A stretch of 64,000 bases of DNA, from assembly GCA_051530055.1 (NCBI GenBank), contig CM121342.1, positions 15,825,480 to 15,889,479 on the forward strand, given 5' to 3'. The position numbers were made by a program, and so were the translations under genes. Shown in pieces: positions 12,871 through 23,114 of the stretch (the stretch's first letter is position 1; every line of letters begins with the position of its first letter). Under the pieces are notes generated by a model, which saw nothing but the letters and a program-made list of their open reading frames with translations, did no database searches and had not been told where the DNA came from. The stretch is from Neoechinorhynchus agilis. Lineage: Eukaryota > Animalia > Acanthocephala.

Positions 12871-14724
12871 ATGCCACGAATGCGGAATACTGGCGCCTCA
12901 ACCGGATTGAACGGTCAGCAGCAGAAGCGACGGGAACGACAGCAACGTCGACGTAAAGTAGAAGCTTCAGCCTTTTCTCCTAAGGAAATGCTAGATCGCT
13001 TCGCAGGAATACGTCGACGTCGAGTGCAAGAAAAAATGGCACCAGATTCGCCGGAAAAGCTTGTTGAACATGAAATATGCAAAGAGATTGACGTTGTCAA
13101 GAGTCGCCTTGAAAGTGATGCTTCCCCAAAGGATGCATTGTATCCATCGGTGGATGAATCTACCGATCGGTGCGAAAAGCGAATAATAATATATCGTCCC
13201 GAGGATCCATGTAAGGAACGTGCACGTTCAGAACAGTTGCTCAACAAAGACTTTCAGTCAAAGAAAAGGCCGCTTTCTCTTCGTAGTACTGCCGATGACG
13301 AATCTGGCCAAAATCCCCCTGTTAAAAAGACTAGTAAGGTATCCAGTAAGCTGTTGTCGAAGGTCAGCGTTGTGAGCAGTGAAGATTTCAACCTGTTGAA
13401 AAGTCAGCTGATTGCACGATATAATAATTTAGACCGTCAAGATGACCAATGCAATCAACCAAAGAAGGCGTATGAACAGTATGCAGATTTGGTCAGGAAA
13501 AAAAGTGTACCAAAGCTTAATAAACACCCGGCATCATCTGTAGAGCTCCCATTACCCTGTACTTTTGCTCTATTACTCACGATGTTTAAACGAATTGACG
13601 CTATACTTAGTTTTCAATATGTACGTCATCGTGAAGTTCCTTTTAAGGAAATTCAACAAGCTGTTGGACGTATGAGTCCACGTATTCGTCTTCGGCTATC
13701 ACATTTGGCCATGATCCGAAGACTTTTTGCACATGCGTATCAATATGGATTGAAGCGAGTAGATAACAACGAAAAAAGTATCGAAGGAGATTCTGTTACA
13801 TCTGATGGAAAACGACATCATCTAACCTTAACATTCGGATTCGACGGAACAAGAGACTATTTTGAAACCAAATTGCGCTTATTGGGAACTTCAGAGGATC
13901 CAGATCGTGGATGGGGTGACGATCGATTAGAAACGCTTCTTCGAAACGCTGACAACGCATTTGCTCCTGGATTTTTGGCCCGAAGAGCAGACATATTTCA
14001 TGAGCTTTTGCTGCGAGAAGCAAAAAAACTCCATGGGCTCTTTCTTGAGAAGCGAGGCATTTGTGATCGGTCAGTTGAAGTAAAAAGGTGGCACCCGGAG
14101 TTTGTGCTGAGTGACATTCCGTTTCCTGAACAGGCGCAAATGCCGGAAATCCAAGACCACGAGATTGTATCCAATGGAACCAAGCTATTCGAACTTGCCA
14201 AGGCGATTAGCTCAATGAAGACACGTGAAACGATTGAGAAAATAAGTAGGGAGTGCTCTGTTCCACGATCGTCTACTCCGATCAGTTCCGATATTCCTGA
14301 AGATGTGATCAAAATCGTTGGATATCGTGAATCCAAAAGGAAAGTTGTGGAATCTTGGAAAGAAACTGAACAATATCAGTTGATGAAATTGAAGAAGGAG
14401 CTTCCTTCAGTTGCCATGAGTATTCATGAATCGTTCGAGAAGAAGAGTGCCCGTGTTTTAAATTATGAACATATTCAGAATCAAGCAATATTCCACAATC
14501 AGCGTCTATCGCATGCTGCATTTGCAGACATCGCTGAAATAATTTTGCGCGATTTTGATGGTTGGATTTATATGATAGAACTTAGAAGTGGCCAGCGTTA
14601 TTTCAAGCTCCGAAGAAATGTTCAGCGTTCAGAGTTTAAACAAATGTTAAAATCTTGGATCACCAAATACAACGCCGGTGTAAAAGAACATCCGGAGTTT
14701 GTGTGTTCGATGCCCGGAATATGA
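12871..14724 (+). CDS. CDT1: DNA replication licensing factor Cdt1, single exon, 617 aa
   Basis: LPLPCTFALLLTMFKRIDAIL, FKEIQQAV...LSHLAMIRRLFAHAYQY and KRWHPEF match the Cdt1 geminin-binding domain, followed by a plausible C-terminal winged helix. Confidence 0.85.
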   Translation: MPRMRNTGASTGLNGQQQKRRERQQRRRKVEASAFSPKEMLDRFAGIRRRRVQEKMAPDSPEKLVEHEICKEIDVVKSRLESDASPKDALYPSVDESTDRCEKRIIIYRPEDPCKERARSEQLLNKDFQSKKRPLSLRSTADDESGQNPPVKKTSKVSSKLLSKVSVVSSEDFNLLKSQLIARYNNLDRQDDQCNQPKKAYEQYADLVRKKSVPKLNKHPASSVELPLPCTFALLLTMFKRIDAILSFQYVRHREVPFKEIQQAVGRMSPRIRLRLSHLAMIRRLFAHAYQYGLKRVDNNEKSIEGDSVTSDGKRHHLTLTFGFDGTRDYFETKLRLLGTSEDPDRGWGDDRLETLLRNADNAFAPGFLARRADIFHELLLREAKKLHGLFLEKRGICDRSVEVKRWHPEFVLSDIPFPEQAQMPEIQDHEIVSNGTKLFELAKAISSMKTRETIEKISRECSVPRSSTPISSDIPEDVIKIVGYRESKRKVVESWKETEQYQLMKLKKELPSVAMSIHESFEKKSARVLNYEHIQNQAIFHNQRLSHAAFADIAEIILRDFDGWIYMIELRSGQRYFKLRRNVQRSEFKQMLKSWITKYNAGVKEHPEFVCSMPGI

Positions 14725-14979
14725 TATTGAAAGTATCTGTATTTGAGTTGTAATGTGAAATAAGACGAAGCGCAAGAAAATTCGTCGAATTGTAGAGCTT
14801 TGGGAATAAATCGATGATTGTATAAAATGGACAGGACGTTTGTGACTTTTTGTTATCGGCACTCCTGAAATGTAGGAATTGGTTTGTTTCTAGCAAGTCT
14901 TGTAGTGTATTTGATTAATTCTCCACTTTTGTTTAAAACTAAAAAATATTGCGCAATTAATGAATTAAAGATTAATTTA

Positions 14980-15700
14980 ATTAATTTTCGGCCTGAGCGT
15001 GGGCCTTGTTCAGATATCTAAAACACGTCATTTTACAAACATTTGTCCTTTAGGACGTATATCAGGTGGAAGGCGCAGGTGGAGTTTGTAATCCGCCTTA
15101 TTGTGCGTAAATGTACGCGTTGTTTGTATTAAAATGGCCTCCATCGTTGTTCTGTCTCTACGGTTGTTACATTTTGCTAGAATCTCAGTGGCACCAAAAT
15201 TGATCTGATGATCATTTTCAATCACGCGGTGTACAATCGCAAAGCTTGTATCCATTTTTCTGGACACAGTTCTGCGATGTTCGTTGAGCCGTCTCTTTAT
15301 ATTGTTCGTTTGTCCTACATACGATTGATCACAGTCCATGCAGGGGATCCTATAGACGCACTCGTTTATATTGTCCACTCTTTTAGGTTATAACAAATTA
15401 TATAGTGTTTGTCCCCTTTTGGAATACATAATACATTCCTTCTTCATATCGAGTTGCTTGATCAATGTTTCTATATTGGAATTCCACCTATCATTTATGT
15501 AAGGAATTTCTATATATCGTGTCTGCATTCGTTGAAGATCCGATATCCCGATTTTTTATAGGTTCCCTTCCGATCATTTGTTGAGTATCTTTCAATGTTC
15601 TTAACATTAATTTCTTCGGATAGCCACCACTTTTAAAGATATTCCATAATCTATCGAGTTCGTTATTGAGGCAATTCAAGTTCGAGCTATATCGTTTGTG
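14980..15700 (-). mobile_element. Penelope-like element 3' part (RT thumb, GIY-YIG endonuclease, hammerhead-like tail), decayed
   Basis: LNNELDRLWNIFKSGGYPKKL is followed by VYRIPCMDCDQSYVGQT..IKRRLNEH...MEAILI. Downstream lies CTGAACA-A-GGCC-loop-GGCC-GAAA at about 14985-15013. Confidence 0.88.
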
Positions 15701-16940
15701 ACAAAATAGCGAAGTGCGTGCACGACAGCTTCGGCTCCTCAAGGCGTACAGCAACCCGGTTGAACCGGGCGGAAAAGTTCGCCGAGATCCACTGCAAGAC
15801 GTTTGCAAAGAATCTTTGCTGCAAGACGCCGAAGTGTCGATCCTATAGTGATGGGACGAATGCCATGGTCTATCTTTTTAAGGGCACAGGGTGAAGGACT
15901 GAAAAACAATTGAATTGCGACGGGAGGCAATTCGTCACCAACGAACTGATCAACGAGGCTGGCCAATCTATTCGAAATCTCTGAGCGGCTTCACCCACGG
16001 AGAAAGACAACATGTCCTTGAGGTGTTGAGGCCTAAGCCCGTCTAGCCCATGACCGGATCTACTAGCAAAGGAGGATATCGCCGAATTGGGTTCCTTTAC
16101 AGAGCAGAGAGACTTCGAGGCAGCGATTGCGAAAGTTCGAAGTTTTGGTGCTTCCGATGGAGGATGTTTTTGGTTCAGGGTTTCGAGAGTTTCCTCATTA
16201 ACCTGGGCAAATACTTCCGAGGAGGAAAGGATGCGAACAGCTCCTCGGATATCACCATCCGCAATTTTCGAGAATGCGCGTTCCCCTATGGACTTGACCG
16301 GAAAATTACCGTGTGTAGGGTGTTCTGTAGGCCCGCGATAGGTAGCTCGAATTGCGTCTGAAAAGAGTTGATCGAAGAAAGCGACTCTTTCTTTAATTGA
16401 ACTGACCAACGATCCCTTAGAACTGTCACCAGCGCGAAGAACCAGCCTGGGAAAAGCGAAGAAACGTGTCCATGCAACGGAAGACCTGTTCTCTAAGCAA
16501 TCCCTAAGCAAAGCTCTAAATGACTTCGTCATCTGATACCGAGCGCTCTTTGGGATCCGTTTCAGGATGTTCCTGGGCAGAACGCGCAAGATGTCAGGGA
16601 ATGGCGTGGAAATGACCTGAGGCACTGGGGCATTCCGATGAGGTAGTGGGTCCGAGATGACAGACCTTGGGGCGGGAGGAACCAGAACAGCGGGATCTGA
16701 AGGGACCGTGCATGCGAACTAACCCGGATTTGTTGAGGCAATAAGAACCACCACACTCCAAACAAAAACCTTTCAGAGAAGAGGTAGCCTGGAGGTTCGA
16801 TACCTCGGCGTGTTGTTGTAAAGCTGTTGCGTCATCATCATTGAATTCAACGTCGTCCGGTTGTCGTGTGATGGGTGATGATGGTTGAAAATGTTCTGAG
16901 GAGGAGTCCAGAACAATATTAAAGAAAACGGGCATCAGGC
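15695..16940 (-). mobile_element. CRE-clade (R2-superclade) non-LTR retrotransposon 5' part, truncated and frameshifted
   Basis: Zn-finger CLECGGSY...GLVRMHGP..RCSGS, then GDIRGAVRIL, LNQKHP, GLDGLRPQHLKD and ALKKIDHGIRPITIGSTLRRLAAK...PVQPGCCTP*GAEAVVHA, which are CRE-type RT N-terminal motifs. Confidence 0.8.
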
Positions 16941-17124
16941 AGCACCAACAACTATATACTTGTAATGTTTTCGTATTCTGATTAAAGCTTCTTAAAAAAT
17001 TACGTGCTTATACATGTAAAGCTGAATTGTTTTGTATCTTTCAAAGTGTTTGATCAATTCAATGTTATGTTTTGTACAACAACTGAAGTATAATTGATCT
17101 CTAACGAAGACACGAGTTCACAAT

Positions 17125-18445
17125 ATGAATATGCTCGTTTTGATAACCTTTGCCTTACTTGTTGAAGTTCAGCGATTCGAACTCATCTTATCTCAGGTTA
17201 TATGTAGGCATGCAGCAAGACATCCGCTAATGCACGTTCCGGACGAAGATGATGGAAACTTCAACGTTGACAACAAGAGCAAAATTGGACGTTTAACGGA
17301 GATTGGAGTTAAGCAGGCTTATCAAGTGGGGGAATACCTGAGAAAACTATATGTCAAAACCCAATTCCTGTGTGGTCACTATGAACCAAAGCAAGTCAGT
17401 GTGTTTTCTACAAACTTTTCAAGAACAATAGAAACAACTAAAGCTGTAATGTCTTCATTATTCGAGTTCAATCAAAATGTACCTTATTCCACCTTCGAGT
17501 TTGATTGTGGCGTAAATTGGAGCCTCAAATGCCCTGCATACAACAAATTCAGAGATGCTTTAGACCAAGAAACGTTTGCCGAAGATGGGATTCTGAACCA
17601 CACCGTACTTAATGTCCTTGATCTTTTGGGTCGAAAAGTGAACAAATCAATAACTATGGAGGTTTTATACGATCTAGAAGATATGTTGAGCATCTGGTAG
17701 AATTCTTGCTAAATGGCAAATTAAATATACAGCCAACAAGACACAATACCAGTAGTTTCGAATGTTTTTTCCATGCAGCATTGTATTACGTTTCATGTGA
17801 GTTGATTAAAATCGAACAAATGAACCTCATAAAAAAGTTTATGACTGAATTTTTTAATTTACAACTTAACGACGATCCCATTTACGGCTAGCTTTGTTTT
17901 TTCCGCATTTTCTTTCAAAATGCCATTTACTAGAATTTACCAAAGAGCTCGGTAATAATATATCCCGTCCTTGGGCTAACCAAACCATAAGAGATGTTTT
18001 GCAATTCGTCAACAAGGTTTCCTGTGAACAGTTTTTAAAAGATCGTGAAATGCTAAAGCTACGAATCGGCTCACAATTACAGTACATCTTGAAGCTTTTC
18101 AAGCGTTCACTAAAAACAAAAATGGAAAAGTTCATCTTTTTTGCCGCCCATGACATTTCAATAAAGTCGTTATTATATCTTCTTGGAAGTAAAGCAATCA
18201 AGTACAGAAAATTAGAATATTGCGCCTTTTTGCGAATGGAACTTCACCGATCTAAAGATGGAACTTATTTCTTTAAATTCTATTTTTTCCCCGGAAATGA
18301 GGATGAGGACTTGAATATCCAAAGAAATGAAATCGACGCAACGATGGACATTTGTGGATATGATCGCTGTTCGGCCGATGTTATGTTTAAGAATCTCAGC
18401 GACGTCGTTTATCTTGACTACTATAAAGAGTGTCACTCATTTTAA
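17125..18445 (+). CDS. Secreted or lysosomal histidine acid phosphatase (ACP2/ACP3-like), about 3 exons
   Basis: Hydrophobic N-terminus, RHAARHP (RHGxRxP variant), GRLTEIGVKQAYQVGEYLRKLY, STNFSRTIET and the AAHD catalytic dyad. There is a short GT-AG intron at about 17697-17733. Confidence 0.88.
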
Positions 18446-19139
18446 AGTAGTAAGATCACGTCTATGAAGTTGAAGAGACATAGCAAAAGCAAATAAAGCG
18501 CTTTTCAGTAGTTTTTGTAACATTTACAGGGAAAGCTTACTTACCAATAGACAAATTCGTTATTTGTCGATATAGTCTTTATTCTCTGTGACTAGCTTGT
18601 ATCAACAAGAATTGTTTTTGTTCAACTTTAGCGCAAAAATGACTAATCTTTACAGTTCAGTCTCACACGCATTCAAAGAACGTAAATTTCGCAGGTTCTC
18701 AAGAGCCTATTCGCGAACCGCAGTTGAAATTTTTTAGCACTAATTACGACACCGTTAAATCTCAATGAATATCGTTTGGGATCTAAAGAGAATGGTATCA
18801 GATCAAGTAAGTGATGGTTCTAGTTTAGAGACAAGAGCATGGCATAATCAAGAACATATTACGAATCAGGTCATAGATATTCAAGAAATCCTCCGCATTC
18901 TACGAAGACAAAACCAGCGTATGTTGGACGACGACTCGGATCAAGCCGAACCGATCGATGTTCACTTAGAGAGGGAAGTGTTTAGGAATCTAAACATGGC
19001 AGAATGATTATCGCTAACCGGGTGGGGATGGGAACGATGATAAATATCGATATTTATTCGGACAGGAGGAGAAGAGAGTCCAGAAAACGCTGGTTGGTGG
19101 GAAGAGATATTTGATGACTTTTCTGAGAATACCAGTTCA

Positions 19140-19334
19140 GTGACAAACAGTACAGGATATCTATCTTCGTTTTTAAAAAGAGTCCGTATTGCAATGATAG
19201 CTCTTCGACGTGTTCTGACTCCAAGACGACGGTTGCGAACACGAGATATGATTATAATCGGAATCGGGATATTCGCAGCTTTGGGAATTTTGACTACATG
19301 CCTAGTGCTTTATTCAAATTTCTGGAAGCGATAA
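19140..19334 (+). CDS. Possible last exon of a small single-pass membrane protein, perhaps spliced with 18765-19007
   Basis: Basic stretch followed by a 23-residue hydrophobic segment (IIIGIGIFAALGILTTCLVLYSNF) and WKR*. No recognisable family. Confidence 0.3.
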   Translation: MTNSTGYLSSFLKRVRIAMIALRRVLTPRRRLRTRDMIIIGIGIFAALGILTTCLVLYSNFWKR

Positions 19335-19526
19335 AGAAATCGAAGGGAAAATATATAACTTATTTGTTTATATTGTTTCAAAATTTTGATTATTTGGGAT
19401 GCTGTTTGGGATTGTAATCATTCAAATATCAATCGTACGTACAGTTCGTTTTAGTTGAGATTTGAGCACACTTTGTAATTGCATTACTCATAAATACATC
19501 AAGATCGAAGTTTATTCGTTTCCCGT

Positions 19527-21822
19527 TTATTTCTTACCCCACCAAAGATTCTTAACCAGGCCACTCAAAAGTCCTCCACCTTCCTCTTCTTTTTTATCTG
19601 GTCTAACGGTCGGCGGAGACGGAATTCGAATTTCGTCGAGTGCAAGATCAAATAGAAGAGGCTTAAATGGAATACAAGTGAAATCAGGAAGTAGACCTCT
19701 AGATAATTTATCCTGATCGACTCCTGTCGTCTTCACGCGAACTGTCTCAGCAAGACAATCCACTGACTTTGTAATTGAATCTGTTTGGCTAATTCGATTT
19801 ACCTTCTCAGAACAATGTACGTTTACACTTATTGCAACAAGCACGACCCCCTTCTCAGCTTGACGTAATCCGTCTTTTAAAGAGGAAACAAAGTCGAAGA
19901 TTGTGATCACTCGAGTAACCTTTTAGGAATTAGTGTCGAACATAAACAACCGAATAAATACACTAACAGACTGGTTTGAAAAGTAATCAATTGCATTTTT
20001 CAAGAGTGATTTTGATTGATTAAACAGTGCCAGCGATTTTTCGCAGTCATCGTCTTGTAACCAATTGGTAAGAATCAATAGCCTACAAGGGTAAGATAAG
20101 TACAAAAGGAGTATTCCGACAGATACCTCAAAGCCTGAAGTCCTTCTAACGTCATTTTTGAAGAGATATAAAGCGCCTCGTTTTGTTTAACTGGAGGTAA
20201 TTCTAAAATCTCTCCACAATACTGAATAGCGTGTCCATAGACGTTCGCAACATCCTGAGCACGCCGACTGGACATCACCTTTTGTTCGGGGCATTCAACA
20301 GCACTTAAACGATCTTCACATACAAATAAGAGGCGTTCAATCGACATTCGCAGTCTCATGAACCGGAGATAAAAGAAAGCTGCAAGGTTGGGATTGGACT
20401 GCGAGATCTTTCGCCAGTGGAAATCAGTATAAGTCTGACGCGTATAACATTGATAATCATGATCTCGTTTAAGATCATCTTTTAGAATCTGAATGGCGTT
20501 CACGATCACCTTAATGGCGCCTTCAACCATTTTAAAGGCAGTTTCTCTGTCCGATTTTTGATTTCCAACGCACACATTCTCCACTTCTACGATTTTCATC
20601 ACTGCCATTCGAACTTTACTGTTTCGAATAGGAATAGTCGTCGACATCCATTGAATTTCATGTCCAGATCGTCCGTGCTCTTCCATTTTCTCAGCCTGAG
20701 CTTCTATTAAAGCTTCTATCATTTGAGCAGTAGTATCGTTGCCACTGGCGAATTTTAGAAGCTCGTCTAGGTTCTGACTTTGAGACTCGCTTGTCTGATA
20801 AGCGCAATATCGAATATTTGCTGTGAATGGAGATATAAGGCTATCGTAGATGTCCGCTTCACTTCGATATATACTAGAAAGCTTTTCATATATATGCCTA
20901 AGGAGTTATTTAAGATAAAAATTAATAATCAATAATTTACTTGGCTTTGTTGAGTGATTCAAGGCACAAAGACCAATCGGCATTGTCGAATAACGCATCG
21001 CATTCTTGTCAAAAGAAGAAATTACATGAGGAATTTATAGTTTTGAGAATAAAGGACAAAACAATTAATTTTTTGCGGTAATCAAATGTGAAATAATTTT
21101 GCGAAGACGACATTGAACGTTGCTTTAAAGATGCTTGTCACTTCGCTAATATAAAAATGGCGGTAAAGCTTTCTCCAAAAGGAGAAAAATTCTTGGTGTT
21201 GAGCCTCACTCTGCCCATGGTATTAATAACAAGAACGAATACTATAGTAGCGCTCCATGTATCCACGAATGATAAGCTTGGCATTCTAGTTTGGTCTTCA
21301 CGGTGCACTTCAATGAGTTGCTTATTTTCTCTAGATTTTCAGCGTTTTCTACGGCTTTCTTAAGTCGTCTATTGGATCGATGTTTTAGCCGACTACTGGC
21401 ATTAGGTGACTGTAATTCTTGTTTCAGTTGCATTGCGAATGACCACGCCCTCTCTGCTTCCATTAAGAATATTAGTAAAACCTTGATGGAAGAAGTGCTC
21501 GGGCGTTCTGCTTCCAATTCAGGCTTGGAAAACTTCTTATTTGTATGAATATTCGTCATTTTTAAGTTCTGTCTTAGATTCCGCAAACGACGGGAGCAGT
21601 ATTTTCTGTTACAATCACGAATATTAGCTAAACAAAAGTATTCCGAACCGGTATCTTTGAAAATCATCGTGTCTAAGTCCATGCGCTTGCCGAGCTTCAA
21701 TCACTGACATCGACACTAAAATCATAAGCGAATAGGGTAGTTAAAACAACGGCACTCAAATAACCGTTTAAATTCTCCTGTTGCACATCATCGATTTTTG
21801 GCTCCAATTCAAGACTATCCAT
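19527..21822 (-). CDS. SRP68: Signal recognition particle subunit SRP68, multi-exon
   Basis: EARQAHGLRHDDFQRYR|KYCSRRLR, LMEAERAWSFAMQLKQE, KTKLECQAY, NIRYCAY and C-terminal IPFKPLLFDLAL are present. ATG is at 21822. Confidence 0.93.
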
Positions 21823-21908
21823 TAGATTAGGTAAGGTTTAATCTGAAAACTAAACGTCCACTATTGTGCAAATTAGCTCAAAATGAACACGTAGCCATTT
21901 AGGTTTCG

Positions 21909-22187
21909 ATGCAAAATTTTCAAAACGCATTTAAAGCAGAATCTTCTAATATTTTAGCGGATTTCTCTGAAGTAGCTAACCTGAATCTACTTGATGCGAG
22001 CATGCAACGTTCAAGATATCTCCTAAACTTGGTAGCAGAACTTTTTCAGTTAAATGCGATTCGTTCAAAAATAGATTGCTCATCAAGCAAATCAGACACT
22101 CTCTCACATGAATATCGGCATGTCAGAGTGTCTAAGATTTCGCAGGTTTTCGTGGACCTAGAAAAATTAGTAGCTCTCTGTAAATAA
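21909..22187 (+). CDS. Uncharacterised 92-aa ORF, head-to-head with SRP68
   Basis: ATG-initiated helical-looking ORF starting 87 bp from the SRP68 ATG. No motif recognised. Confidence 0.3.
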   Translation: MQNFQNAFKAESSNILADFSEVANLNLLDASMQRSRYLLNLVAELFQLNAIRSKIDCSSSKSDTLSHEYRHVRVSKISQVFVDLEKLVALCK

Positions 22188-23114
22188 GATTTAAAATATT
22201 CATGTAGAGTACAATAAAGAATCAGATGACAAGCTATGTTCTTTTGCCTGCCATTTCGCTGGAAAAGTCACTCGAAAAGGAACAATTGAAATTGAGCACT
22301 ATTTTATTCGGTTAAGCATGATTAAACGGCACTTAAGAGGAAATATACCTTTTATTGTGATGTTGTTCACCCATTCCGATCACTAAATATGAAGATAGCC
22401 TCCTTTTGAATAATTTCTATTTTTCTTTAACAAATACTACCACCATCCGAGCGAGCAGTCGCTCATAGATTTACTAAATGGTGAAAGGATCAAATCAGCG
22501 TCGCTCGCGGCATTTCTTCGTTTTATTGCGATGCTAAAATTCTGGAGGAAGAAAGCTTTCCCGTGAAAATCCATCGGAATTTACGGAAAGAAAAACAAAA
22601 ATTCCAATGGCTAAAAAATCGCACAATCGCAAAAGCACGTTTCCAGAAGCAGAACTGAATTGCCTTTGGATTAATAGCGTGACGTAATTTATTTCAGTGA
22701 ATTCTTTCATACTAATACCGGAAATTCAACTCTGTTCCAGGACAGATTCCTGAAAGTTGGATGACGCATGTCGAGTTATTTGAACAGTGCCGTTCTGTTA
22801 TAAAGTGTCAAGCGATTTTTCTGATAAAACATTCGCCGGTTGATCTTGGATTAAAAAAAATCAACGGGGAAGTTGTGGTATTAACTTCCTTCCCTCGGAT
22901 TGACAGCGCGAAAAAATGTGATGAAAATGCAGGATATTGACGAAGATCAAAATTACGGCGTGATTCACATTCTCCTTGCGGGATGTTCATATTTGCGTTT
23001 AATCGCTGTCAGTGACTCAGTGTTCACAACAGCGCCTTTAATATGACTCATTTCGTTCTGGCGACAGACCGAGCTTAAATACCTCGTTTGCTTTAAGATT
23101 CTGTGCAATCAAAG

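Noticed and set aside
17694-17740. Stop-codon reassignment explaining in-gene stops
   Set aside because: Such stops fall inside short canonical GT-AG introns (for example 17697-17733), so the standard code is sufficient.
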